Shown: in pieces, positions 53,351 to 62,322 of the stretch | Position numbering within the stretch: position 1 is the first letter of the stretch | Layout: every line of letters begins with the position of its first letter | Assembly: GCA_965215005.1 (NCBI GenBank) | Contig: CBDCCZ010000018.1 | Coordinates: 288,001-352,000, forward strand | Origin: Kofleriaceae bacterium | Lineage (GTDB): Bacteria > Myxococcota_A > Polyangia > Haliangiales > Haliangiaceae | DNA: 64,000 bases | Reading direction: 5' to 3' | Made by a program: the position numbers and the translations under genes | The notes under the pieces: model-generated | The model's database searches: none | Seen by the model: the letters and a program-made list of their open reading frames with translations, nothing else | What the model was told of the DNA's origin: nothing

Positions 53351-54282
53351 TCGCCCGACTTACGGACCGACGTCCTCGCCTGGCGGTGGCGCCGCCGCAG
53401 CCACTCGAGCTCGATGCCTGCTATGGCTACTGCGAAGCCATCGCGCGCTCGCGTCATCACAACTTTCCAGTTGCCTCGCTGTTCGTGCCGACCGCCCTGC
53501 GGCGGCACATCTGGGCGGTTTACGCGTTCGCGCGCATGGCCGACAATTTCGCCGACGAGCCCGCGTACGAAGGACGCCGCGCCGGCGAGCTCGATCGCTG
53601 GGAGGAGAAGCTCCACCGCTGCTATTTCGGCGAGCCCGCCGATCATCCGGTGTTCGTCGCCCTGAGCGACACGGTGCGCCGTTTCGAGCTGCCGATCACC
53701 GAGTTCACGGCGCTGTTGTCCGGGTTCCGCATGGACCTCGAGACCAGCCATTACGCCACCTTCAGCGACCTACGCAGCTATACCGCGCAGGCGGCCGAGC
53801 CGGTTGGACACCTGCTGCTCTACCTCGGCGGCTATCGCGATCCGCGGCTGCACGCGTTTGCCGATGATCTCGCAACCGGTTTGGCGGTCGCCAAGCTGGT
53901 GCAGGACATTCGCGCCGATTACGAGCGCGGCCGCATCTACCTGCCGGCCGAAGACCTGCGCCACTTCGGCGTCACCGCCAGCGACATCGAGCATCGCCGC
54001 AGCTCGCCCGAGGTCGAGGCGTTGCTCCGCTTCGAGGTCGCGCGCGCGCGCTCGCTCCTGGAGCGCGGCCGGCCGCTCGTCGAGCACGTCGGCTTCGACT
54101 ACGCCATCGAGATGGCGCTCATGTGGCACGGCGGCATGCGCATCCTGAGTAAAATCGCCGCCACTGGCGCGCAGCTGCTCGAGCGACGGCCGGCGCTGTC
54201 GGCGGCAGACAAAGCCGACGTGGTCGTGCGCGCCCTGGCCTGGCGCGGCAACACGCTCGGTCGCCGGCTCACCCGCCGCTAA
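53347..54282 (+). CDS. hpnC: Squalene/phytoene synthase family, HpnC-like
   Basis: NFPVAS, YAFARMADNFADE, AEPVG, QDIRAD..RGRIYLP; GTGA overlap with reductase. Confidence 0.8.
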   Translation: MIARLTDRRPRLAVAPPQPLELDACYGYCEAIARSRHHNFPVASLFVPTALRRHIWAVYAFARMADNFADEPAYEGRRAGELDRWEEKLHRCYFGEPADHPVFVALSDTVRRFELPITEFTALLSGFRMDLETSHYATFSDLRSYTAQAAEPVGHLLLYLGGYRDPRLHAFADDLATGLAVAKLVQDIRADYERGRIYLPAEDLRHFGVTASDIEHRRSSPEVEALLRFEVARARSLLERGRPLVEHVGFDYAIEMALMWHGGMRILSKIAATGAQLLERRPALSAADKADVVVRALAWRGNTLGRRLTRR

Positions 54283-54382
54283 CGCGAGCCCCACCTTCAC
54301 GCCGAACCTGCGGCGATGCGGCGGCTCGATACGCTCGCGCTCTCTTTCCTCCCCGCGCTCGACTGTGGTAGTCATGGGGGCG

Positions 54383-54646
54383 ATGGCGTCGCTGGATCCC
54401 GTACTCGAGAAGGCGATGGTGGGTATCGCCCACGCCTTGTTCATGAACCGCCTGCACGTCCTTCGCCTCACCGAGGTCGTGCGGCTGAATATCCGGCCCG
54501 ACCCCAAAGACGGCAACATGGAGATCCCGCGCGAGCTCGATCAAGAGCTCAAGCAACAGGCGGTCAACTACGTGCTCACGTGCTTCCCCGCCGAGCTGAG
54601 CGTGCTGATCAACGAAGCGAAAGCCGATTGGCTGCGTCCCGCGTAG
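54383..54646 (+). CDS. Small hypothetical protein (~87 aa)
   Basis: Protein-like composition and GC3-rich codons; fills hpnC-rarA gap; alternative starts 54365 and 54374. Confidence 0.65.
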   Translation: MASLDPVLEKAMVGIAHALFMNRLHVLRLTEVVRLNIRPDPKDGNMEIPRELDQELKQQAVNYVLTCFPAELSVLINEAKADWLRPA

Positions 54647-54653
54647 CGCCCAG

Positions 54654-55985
54654 CTACGACTCGTCGTCTTCCTCGCGCCACCTCCGCAGCCGCTCTTTGA
54701 GCGTGGCCTCGTAGCCACTGTCGCTGGGCGCGTAGAAGCGCGTTCCTTCGAGTGCTTCGGGCAAGTACGCTTCGGGCACGTAGTGGCCGGCGAAGTCGTG
54801 CGGATATTTGTAGTCGGCGCCGTAGCCCAGCTGCTTTTGCAGGCCTGCCACCGCGTTGCGCAGCTTTACCGGCACAGGCAGCGCCCCGCGCTCGCGGACC
54901 GCGCGGCGCGCGGCGGCGTAGGTGGTGAGGGCCGTGTTGGACTTGGGAGCACACGCCAAATACACCGCCGCTTGCGTCATCGGCAGAACCCCCTCGGGCA
55001 AGCCGATGAAGCGAAACGACTGCAGCGCACCGTTTGCCACCGCCAGTGCCTGCGGATCGGCGTTGCCAACGTCTTCGGAGGCGAAGATGACCATCCGCCG
55101 GAGGATGAACAGCGGATCCTCCCCCGCCTCGAGCATGCGCGTCATCCAGTACACCGCGGCGTCGGGATCCGAGCCGCGCATGCTCTTGATGAACGCGCTC
55201 ACGACGCCGTAGTGCTCATCCCCGGCTTTGTCGTAGAGCAGCGTTCGCTGCTGCACCGCGTCACTGGCGAGGGCGACGGTGATCGGCTCCGGCGGCTGGC
55301 CGTCGCGCGGGCGCGCCAGCTGCGCGGCAACTTCTAAGCTGGTGAGCAAGCGGCGCGCATCGCCCTGGGCGCGCTCCACCAACACCGCGAGGGCATCGTC
55401 TTCGATGACCAGCTCGAGCGCGCCGAGGCCGCGTTCGCGATCGCCGAGGGCGCGGCCCGCCAAGTCCGCAAGCACGGCATCCGTCAGCGGTTCGAGGCGT
55501 AGCACGCGACTGCGAGACAACAACGCCGCATTGACCTGAAAACTCGGGTTCTCAGTGGTAGCTCCGATTAGCGTGACCAGCCCCGCCTCCACATGCGGCA
55601 GCAGTGCATCCTGTTGCGCTTTGGAGAAGCGATGGATCTCATCGATGAACAGCAGCGTGCGCTCACCGAGCTCGTCGCGGCGGCGACGCGCCTCGGCAAC
55701 GATGGCGCGGATGTCCTTGACCCCGGCCATCACCGCCGAAAGCTGCGCAAAGCGCGCCCGAACGCGCGTGGCCACCAGCCGAGCCAGGGTCGTCTTGCCG
55801 GTCCCCGGTGGGCCCCACAGGATCAGCGATGGGAGTTCACCCCCGGCGAGGATGCGACCGAGCATCGCTTTGGGCCCGAGGATGTGCTCCTGACCGAGCA
55901 TTTCCTCGAGCGATTTCGGGCGCATGCGTTCCGCGAGCGGCTCCCCCACGCGTCGTTGCGCGGCGCTGTGTGCGAACAAATCCAT
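54654..55985 (-). CDS. rarA: Replication-associated recombination protein A (MgsA)
   Basis: PLAERMRP, WGPPGTGKT, DEIHRF, GATTENP, SAFIKSMRGSD, SEDVG, YKYPH. Confidence 0.97.
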   Translation of the reverse strand: MDLFAHSAAQRRVGEPLAERMRPKSLEEMLGQEHILGPKAMLGRILAGGELPSLILWGPPGTGKTTLARLVATRVRARFAQLSAVMAGVKDIRAIVAEARRRRDELGERTLLFIDEIHRFSKAQQDALLPHVEAGLVTLIGATTENPSFQVNAALLSRSRVLRLEPLTDAVLADLAGRALGDRERGLGALELVIEDDALAVLVERAQGDARRLLTSLEVAAQLARPRDGQPPEPITVALASDAVQQRTLLYDKAGDEHYGVVSAFIKSMRGSDPDAAVYWMTRMLEAGEDPLFILRRMVIFASEDVGNADPQALAVANGALQSFRFIGLPEGVLPMTQAAVYLACAPKSNTALTTYAAARRAVRERGALPVPVKLRNAVAGLQKQLGYGADYKYPHDFAGHYVPEAYLPEALEGTRFYAPSDSGYEATLKERLRRWREEDDES

Positions 55986-56161
55986 GAAACGTTTCCGCCT
56001 ACAGTGAACTCTGCCTCACACGATCGCGCGGTGCCATTGCGTCAGTGCGGCGAGCATTCATCCGAGCATGGTGACGACAGGCCCGCTTGCGCTGGGCGAC
56101 GGGTCCCGCTCGCGACGATGATTTTTCGCCACTTAACGGGTTTCCCAGCGGCGCTTTTGGC

Positions 56162-56177
56162 TGGCACTTCGCTTGCT
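56162..56177 (+). promoter_or_regulatory. Sigma54 (-24/-12) promoter
   Basis: TGGCAC-ttcgc-TTGCT with exact GG-N10-GC spacing, ending 12 nt before ATG 56190. Confidence 0.75.
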
Positions 56178-56189
56178 TTAGCTGTCGAC

Positions 56190-56687
56190 ATGTCCACGGC
56201 GCTCGAGCTCATCTACCAGTACCGTCAGCTCATCGGCAAGTGCGAAGCCGGCGTGGGGCTGAGTTTCGATGAGATCGACGCGCTCAGCGCCATCGAGGCG
56301 CTGTTCGAGCGTCGCGACGAGGCCAATCGCTCTTCGGAGCTGTGGTCTTGTCGCCGCCGGTTTCTCCGCGAAGATGTCTATCTCGATGGCTGGGTGCGAG
56401 CAACGCGCCTCGATGATCGCGTCACGGTTGCCAACCTCGCCCCCGGCGGCGCCGTCATCACCTCGGCTCCCACCGTGCCGCGGGGCGAGCTCGTCGAGCT
56501 CAAGATGGACGACCGAGAGCTCGAACTCTCGTATCGCTTCAAAGCCCGGGCTAGCTGGGTACGCAGTGAGGCCGATGGCAGCTTCAGCATCGGGCTTCGT
56601 TTCGAAGGAACTCCGCTGCTCATTCACTACGGCCCCCGGCGACGCGCCGACACCGCGGTCGACGACGTGGGCAAGGTCGCCGCGTGA
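56190..56687 (+). CDS. PilZ-domain protein
   Basis: RRRFLR and NLAPGG motifs, SYRFKARASW...GLRF. Confidence 0.75.
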   Translation: MSTALELIYQYRQLIGKCEAGVGLSFDEIDALSAIEALFERRDEANRSSELWSCRRRFLREDVYLDGWVRATRLDDRVTVANLAPGGAVITSAPTVPRGELVELKMDDRELELSYRFKARASWVRSEADGSFSIGLRFEGTPLLIHYGPRRRADTAVDDVGKVAA

Positions 56688-56690
56688 TGC

Positions 56691-58247
56691 TCAGCGTTTG
56701 CGAGTGTCGATGATCCCTGAGAGACGCGCGTTGGGAAACAGCCGGTAACCCTGCACGTCTACATTCATGAGCGCGACGTTGTCCTCGTGCCATAGCGGAA
56801 TGATCGGCACGTCGCGCGCGAGAATCTGCTGAATCTCGCTGTAGACCTGCATCCGACGCTCGCGGTCCATGGTTCGCCGCCCCTCTTCGATGAGCGCGTC
56901 GACCCGCGGATTGGCGTAGCGCCAGCGGTTGTGGACGTTGAGGTTTTGCGGCGTGGGAATCCGCGAAGAATGAAAGTACGGATAATACCAATCGGGCTCG
57001 ACGATCTCGCCGCTCTGCATGGAAGCGAGCTGATAGTTGCCCCGCTTGATGTCGGCAAAGAAGGTCCCGAATTCGTAGGCGCGAACCTCGACCTCGATGC
57101 CAACCGCGGCGAGCTGCGCGGCGATGATCCGAGCGATGACCACGCGAAACGGATCGGCGCTGGTCTTATACGTGAGGCTCAAACGCGGCACCCCACCGGG
57201 ACCATCGGGGTCTGAAAATCCAGCCTCATCAAGAAGCGCCCGCGCCTTCGCAGGATCGTAGCCGTAGCGAGCTACATCAGGCTCATAAGCCCAATGACTG
57301 GGGGCGATGAGCCCGGTCGCGAGTACGGCGCGGCCGCCAAAGCGGGTGCGGATGATGGCATCGCGGTCGATGGCGTAGGCGATGGCGCGCCGCACCCGCA
57401 CGTCATTCAGCAGCGGATCGTCGCCCTGCATCATCAGGTACGAGAGAATCGTGCTGGGCCCCGAAGTCGCATAGACCCGATCGCGCGCAGCGACATCGTC
57501 CACCAGGTCCACGCGCACCTCGTTTTGCATGAGATCGGCCGAGCCGCCAATGAGCATCAAGGCGCGCGCGTTGCCGTCTTTCACCGTGCGGATGCGCAGC
57601 TTGGGGATCGCAGGCACCGGCCCCCGCCAAAACGGATTGCGCTCGAGATAGATATCGCTCGTGCCCTTGCGAGTCACGCGAAAGGCACCCGCGCCGACGA
57701 CGTTGCCGCGTGGAAATCGACCGCGGCCATCGGTCGCCGCTTTGGAGACGATGCCAAAGTCGAGATCGCTCCACAGCGTGGCCACCGGCTCCGTTAGATG
57801 AAAGCGCGCGCGCCTGTCATCGAGCACCTCCACGCGCTCGAACCGCTCGCGAAACCCCTGCTGGTGAAAGCTCTCGAACTGCGGATCGAGCACGCTCTGG
57901 TACGTGAACGCAACATCGGCGGCAGTCACCGGTAGCCCGTTGGAAAACAGCAAGCCCGGCCGCAGCGTCACATCCCACGTGCGATCATCGACGCGCTCGA
58001 TCGCCTCGGCCAGCGCCAGCTCCGGCTCTAAGCGGGGGTTGTCGAGGGTGGTGAGCCCCGGCGCGATGAGCCGTGAGATCTTGTTGTCGAGACTCCTGAG
58101 CGCATAGCGCGGGTCGAGATCGGCAACGTCGTCGCTCACGACAACTACGAGGGTGTCATCAGGGGTGCGACGCGTTCGAGCACACGCGCTCGAGCAGACG
58201 ATCGCTACCACGAGAGCAATGCTAGTGTGGATGGATGGCAAGCGCAT
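56691..58247 (-). CDS. Family 5 solute-binding lipoprotein
   Basis: Lipobox SSAC, DLDPR, VTAADVAFT, GAGAF, VRRAIAYAIDR, YANPRVD; start ATG 58247. Confidence 0.9.
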   Translation of the reverse strand: MRLPSIHTSIALVVAIVCSSACARTRRTPDDTLVVVVSDDVADLDPRYALRSLDNKISRLIAPGLTTLDNPRLEPELALAEAIERVDDRTWDVTLRPGLLFSNGLPVTAADVAFTYQSVLDPQFESFHQQGFRERFERVEVLDDRRARFHLTEPVATLWSDLDFGIVSKAATDGRGRFPRGNVVGAGAFRVTRKGTSDIYLERNPFWRGPVPAIPKLRIRTVKDGNARALMLIGGSADLMQNEVRVDLVDDVAARDRVYATSGPSTILSYLMMQGDDPLLNDVRVRRAIAYAIDRDAIIRTRFGGRAVLATGLIAPSHWAYEPDVARYGYDPAKARALLDEAGFSDPDGPGGVPRLSLTYKTSADPFRVVIARIIAAQLAAVGIEVEVRAYEFGTFFADIKRGNYQLASMQSGEIVEPDWYYPYFHSSRIPTPQNLNVHNRWRYANPRVDALIEEGRRTMDRERRMQVYSEIQQILARDVPIIPLWHEDNVALMNVDVQGYRLFPNARLSGIIDTRKR

Positions 58248-59875
58248 GGGGAGACGAGTTAGCGGCCAGCCGCAGCGACTCGCTTCGAAGTGCGCCAAGC
58301 CGTTGGCTTACGCGCCTCGTCGGCGTTTGCGTCGCGCTAACTACGCTCAGTATTGACACTCAGCCGGCAGCGTCGCAAGACGACGACACCGTCGATCTCA
58401 CGCCGCTGCGCGATCGCGTGTTCGGCGCCGGGCCGCCCGCTGGCGACGACGAGGTGCGACGCGACTGGCTGGCGGCGCGCATCGAAGAGCTCATCGCCGA
58501 GCGCAGCGTGCTGGCCGGCGCACGCGTAGGCATTGCGGTCGCCGATCCTCTCACGGGGCAGATGCTGTACGAGCGCAACGCCGATAGCGCCTACAGCATC
58601 GCTTCCAACGCCAAGATCGTCACCGCCGCCGCCGCGTTGGCGCTGCTCGGTCCCGAGTATCGCTATTACACCGCGGTGTTCGCCGAGCGGATCGGCGGCG
58701 CCGGAGCCGTGCTCGGCGACCTCTACGTGCGCGGCCGCGGCGACCCGAGCTTTGGAACCTGGTCGCTCGCGGAGCTCGCCGACGATATCGCCCACGCCGG
58801 CATCACCCGCATCCGCGGCGGCATCGTTCTCGATGACAGCTACTTCGACGAGGTCATTCTGCCGCCGCGCTTCGCGGACGTCGAAGATGCAGGCGATGAG
58901 CATGCTTCCTATCGCGCGCCCATCGGAGCACTCTCGCTCAACTTCAATACCTTCAACATCGTGGTCACGCCTGCCATGAGCGGTCGAGGACCGGCGCGGG
59001 TGGTCATCGAGCCGCCAAACGACTACGTGAAAATCGAGCGCGCGCAGGTCTTCACCACCACTCGCGGGCGCAATCGACTTCGCGTGCAGACCCGCGCCGA
59101 GGGCGACCAAATGGTCGTGACGGTGGTCGGCCAGATGCGGCGCGACCGCGGCGTGGTGCGCTATCGCCGGCGGGTTTTGGATCCGGCGCAGTACTTTGGC
59201 CAGTGCTTGCGCGCCGCCCTCGAGCAGCGTGGCGTGGCCGTCGCGAATCGCGATGTTCGTCGCGGCCCGGTTCCCGATTCAGCGCTGCGCATCGCCCAGC
59301 GCAGCAGCCCGCCGCTGGCCGAGCTGATCCGAGGGCTCGGCAAGTACTCGAACAACTACGTCGCCGAGATGCTCCTCAAGACCATCGGCGCCGAGAGTGG
59401 CAGCGGCGAGCTCGAGGCGCCCGCCAGCTGGGGCGATGCGGTGGCGGCGGTGAGTCAGTTTTTGATCGACGAAGTGGGGCTCGCGCCGGGCTCGTTTCGC
59501 TTCGACAACGGCTCCGGTCTCTTCGACGCCACCGCCTTTACGCCGCGGCAAATGGTTCACCTGCTGGCCACCATCGGCCGCGACTTTCGCTACGGCAGCG
59601 ACTTGCTCTCGTCGCTATCCCTGGCCGGCGCGGACGGCACGCTGGCGCGGCGGCTCGCCGGCACCGAAGCCGAGCGTCTGGTGCGCGCCAAGACCGGCAC
59701 GCTAGCGACGGTATCGGCGCTCTCTGGTTACGCCGCGATCGATGCGCGGCACCCGCTGGCCTTCGCCATCTTTGTCAATGATACGCCGCGATCCCACGCG
59801 GCGCGCTATCACGCCCGTTCGCTGCAAGACGATGTCGCCGAAGCGCTCATCCTCTATCTCCGCGGCGGCCTCTAG
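58235..59875 (+). CDS. dacB: D-Ala-D-Ala carboxypeptidase/endopeptidase (PBP4, S13)
   Basis: ASNAK, GRGDP, SNN, NGSGL, AKTGTL; start uncertain. Confidence 0.93.
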   Translation: MASAWGDELAASRSDSLRSAPSRWLTRLVGVCVALTTLSIDTQPAASQDDDTVDLTPLRDRVFGAGPPAGDDEVRRDWLAARIEELIAERSVLAGARVGIAVADPLTGQMLYERNADSAYSIASNAKIVTAAAALALLGPEYRYYTAVFAERIGGAGAVLGDLYVRGRGDPSFGTWSLAELADDIAHAGITRIRGGIVLDDSYFDEVILPPRFADVEDAGDEHASYRAPIGALSLNFNTFNIVVTPAMSGRGPARVVIEPPNDYVKIERAQVFTTTRGRNRLRVQTRAEGDQMVVTVVGQMRRDRGVVRYRRRVLDPAQYFGQCLRAALEQRGVAVANRDVRRGPVPDSALRIAQRSSPPLAELIRGLGKYSNNYVAEMLLKTIGAESGSGELEAPASWGDAVAAVSQFLIDEVGLAPGSFRFDNGSGLFDATAFTPRQMVHLLATIGRDFRYGSDLLSSLSLAGADGTLARRLAGTEAERLVRAKTGTLATVSALSGYAAIDARHPLAFAIFVNDTPRSHAARYHARSLQDDVAEALILYLRGGL

Positions 59876-60005
59876 CGCATTGGCTAGCGCTGTCAACCTC
59901 GCGAAAGCAGAGCGAAAACCCGTTAGAGCCGCGCTTGCCGCCATAGCGTCGTGCGTGCTACGACTGCGCCAGCACCACGCAACAGGGAACTCCAGGAGAA
60001 AGTCA

Positions 60006-60425
60006 ATGGCATCGCTGAAGGGCAGCAAGACGCACAGCAACCTCAAAGAGGCATTCGCCGGTGAGTCACAGGCAAACCGACGATATCTCTACTTCGCCAA
60101 GCAAGCCGATGTCGAAGGTCACCCCGACCTCGCTGGCCTGTTCCGCGACACGGCGGAAGGCGAGACCGGTCATGCCCACGGCCACCTCGACTTCCTCAAG
60201 CAGGTCGGCGATCCGGCAACCGACGAGCCCATCGGCTCCACCCAACAGAACCTCAAGGCAGCTATCGCCGGCGAGACGTACGAGTACACCGAGATGTACC
60301 CAGGCTTCGCCAAGACCGCTCGCAATGAAGGCTTTGACGAGATCGCCGAATGGTTCGAGACGCTAGCCCGTGCCGAGCGCTCTCACGCCGGTCGGTTCCA
60401 AAAGGGTCTCGACACGATGGAGTGA
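60006..60425 (+). CDS. Rubrerythrin, short form without rubredoxin domain
   Basis: [49 protein letters not shown] upstream. Confidence 0.95.
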   Translation: MASLKGSKTHSNLKEAFAGESQANRRYLYFAKQADVEGHPDLAGLFRDTAEGETGHAHGHLDFLKQVGDPATDEPIGSTQQNLKAAIAGETYEYTEMYPGFAKTARNEGFDEIAEWFETLARAERSHAGRFQKGLDTME

Positions 60426-60462
60426 GGGTTTGGCGCAGGCTCGCCTGCGACTCTCACCACTC

Positions 60463-60496
60463 AAAAGCGGCTCGGGCATCACGTCCGAGCCGTTTT
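60463..60496 (+). terminator. Intrinsic terminator-like hairpin after rubrerythrin
   Basis: aaaa-gcggctcggg...tccgagccg-tttt. Confidence 0.7.
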
Positions 60497-60527
60497 GTTG
60501 TTCCAGAGCCCGCGTTATAGGAGCACC

Positions 60528-61118
60528 ATGGCCGACCTAACTCGCCCCATCACCCGCGCGGACATCAAAGGTCCTGCCGTTTACGCCGGCATGCGAGACG
60601 ATTTCCGCAAGCGGATCATCGAGCTCAAGAAGCCACGCCGCGTAAGCGTCGGCGACCGCGTGACGCTGGTGTTCGAGAACCGCCACACGCTGCTGTTTCA
60701 GGTCGAGGAGATGCTGCGCGCCGAAGGGCTGCACGAAGATCGGCAGATCAACGAGGAGCTCGAGGTCTACAACGCGCTAATGCCGACCGCCGATTCGCTC
60801 TCGGCAACTCTGTTCCTCGAGGTGCCGCCCGGCGCAAATGCCCGTACCGAGCTCGATCGGCTCATCGGTCTCGACGAGCACGTCATACTCCACATCGGGC
60901 CTCATGCTATCCGCGCCGAGTTCGAAGCCGGCCGCTCCTCCGATCAGCGCATCTCAGCGGTTCAATACACCCGCTTTCGCTTGTCGCCGGACGCCAAGCA
61001 GGCGCTGCTAGCGGCGGATACGCCGATGTCCCTCGAGATCGATCATCCCGAGTATCAGCACGTCACCCAATGCGACGAGACCACGAGGGCATCGCTGGCC
61101 GGCGACTACGCCGGCTGA
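60528..61118 (+). CDS. DUF3501 family protein
   Basis: [16 protein letters not shown]...[32 protein letters not shown]; follows rubrerythrin. Confidence 0.88.
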   Translation: MADLTRPITRADIKGPAVYAGMRDDFRKRIIELKKPRRVSVGDRVTLVFENRHTLLFQVEEMLRAEGLHEDRQINEELEVYNALMPTADSLSATLFLEVPPGANARTELDRLIGLDEHVILHIGPHAIRAEFEAGRSSDQRISAVQYTRFRLSPDAKQALLAADTPMSLEIDHPEYQHVTQCDETTRASLAGDYAG

Positions 61119-61399
61119 AGGTTGCAGCCGACGCCACGTGTCTGTGGTCGCGGCAACGGAGCGAGAGTCGCAGTGCTAAGCAGACAACGCAGCGCGAATA
61201 CCCTGCGTTGACGGTGCACACTGCAGCACCTTTGCTGGCCTTGGCCTCTACGAATGTATCGTTGGTATTCGCTCACGCATAATCGACAGGTAATGCGTGG
61301 CGGCGGAGACTGTCCAATGCGATGCCGCGGCGTTGGAATGCAATTCTAGGCTTCGGTGAGGCGACACCAGCGCCGATGAAAATCCCCGTATAGATACGA

Positions 61400-61545
61400 G
61401 AATCACCTCCTGCGTGCGGCCACGAGCTCGGCATTCCTGCTACGGGACTCGACTACTGCAGCAACGTGACCCTTACATTCAGGACGATTCGCCCGTGGTC
61501 CCTCACCGCCCGACCTCGACGGTTGCGGCCAAGGCAGAGGAGTTC
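61400..61545 (+). ncRNA. Candidate structured RNA (long imperfect hairpin with internal bubble), family unassigned
   Basis: Nested helices ctcc/ggag, tgcggcc/ggttgcg, cgag/ctcg, tcgg/ccga, gggac/gtccc in an intergenic region without a credible ORF. Confidence 0.3.
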
Positions 61546-61589
61546 ACCCCGATAGCGACCGCTGCTCACTTGCGATAGACTGACGTGCG

Positions 61590-62261
61590 TTGGCTGATGA
61601 GGAATACATCAACGCGCGGGACCTCGTGGCACTGGCCATCTTCCCGTTGCCGAATGCGGTGCTTCTTCCAGGATCGCTCTTGCCGTTGCACGTCTTCGAG
61701 CCGCGTTATCGCGACCTCACACGCGATGTTCTCGACGGCTCGCGGCTAATGGGAGTGCCTCTTCTTCGTCCCGGCTTCGAGTCCAACTACGATGGCCGCC
61801 CGCCGGTGTATCCGACCACCGGCATCGGTCGGATCATCGCGTGCGAAGAGCTGCCGGATGGGCGTTACCACGTGCTTCTTCGCGGGCTCGCGCGCGCGCG
61901 CATTGAGCAAGAGCTCCCCATCGAGCGGAGTTATCGGCAAGTTCGAGCCGACCTGCTCGGTGACGCTCCAGTCGATGACCGCGAGCAGCTCGGCAGCTAT
62001 CATCAGCAGCTCGTGGCACTCTGCGACCGCCTCTCGCTCGCCATGGATCACGGCGGCGCGCAGCTTCGCGAGCTGGTGCGCAGCGAACGGCAACCGGGCC
62101 TATGCGCCGACATGGTCGCCGCAGCGCTCGTGCAAGACATCGGCGAGCGCCAGCGACTCCTCGAGACGGCGGACCCAATCGCGCGGGTCGCTCGTACTGC
62201 CGAGCACGTCGGGCGGCTGCTCATCGAGCTCGGCCCGAGCCACACCGAGCTGCCCAACTGA
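61590..62261 (+). CDS. Stand-alone Lon protease substrate-binding (Lon-N) domain protein
   Basis: IFPLPNAVLLPG..LPLHVFEPRY, DGRY, RQRLLE. Confidence 0.9.
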   Translation: MADEEYINARDLVALAIFPLPNAVLLPGSLLPLHVFEPRYRDLTRDVLDGSRLMGVPLLRPGFESNYDGRPPVYPTTGIGRIIACEELPDGRYHVLLRGLARARIEQELPIERSYRQVRADLLGDAPVDDREQLGSYHQQLVALCDRLSLAMDHGGAQLRELVRSERQPGLCADMVAAALVQDIGERQRLLETADPIARVARTAEHVGRLLIELGPSHTELPN

Positions 62262-62322
62262 AGGCACCCGCGCGTGGGACAGCGCGCGCTGGGTCGACTC
62301 GCAAGCCGCCGCGCAGCGCGCT

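Noticed and set aside
61400..61545. Definite 6S RNA or riboswitch
   Set aside because: No recognisable consensus motifs or typical synteny; kept only as an unassigned candidate
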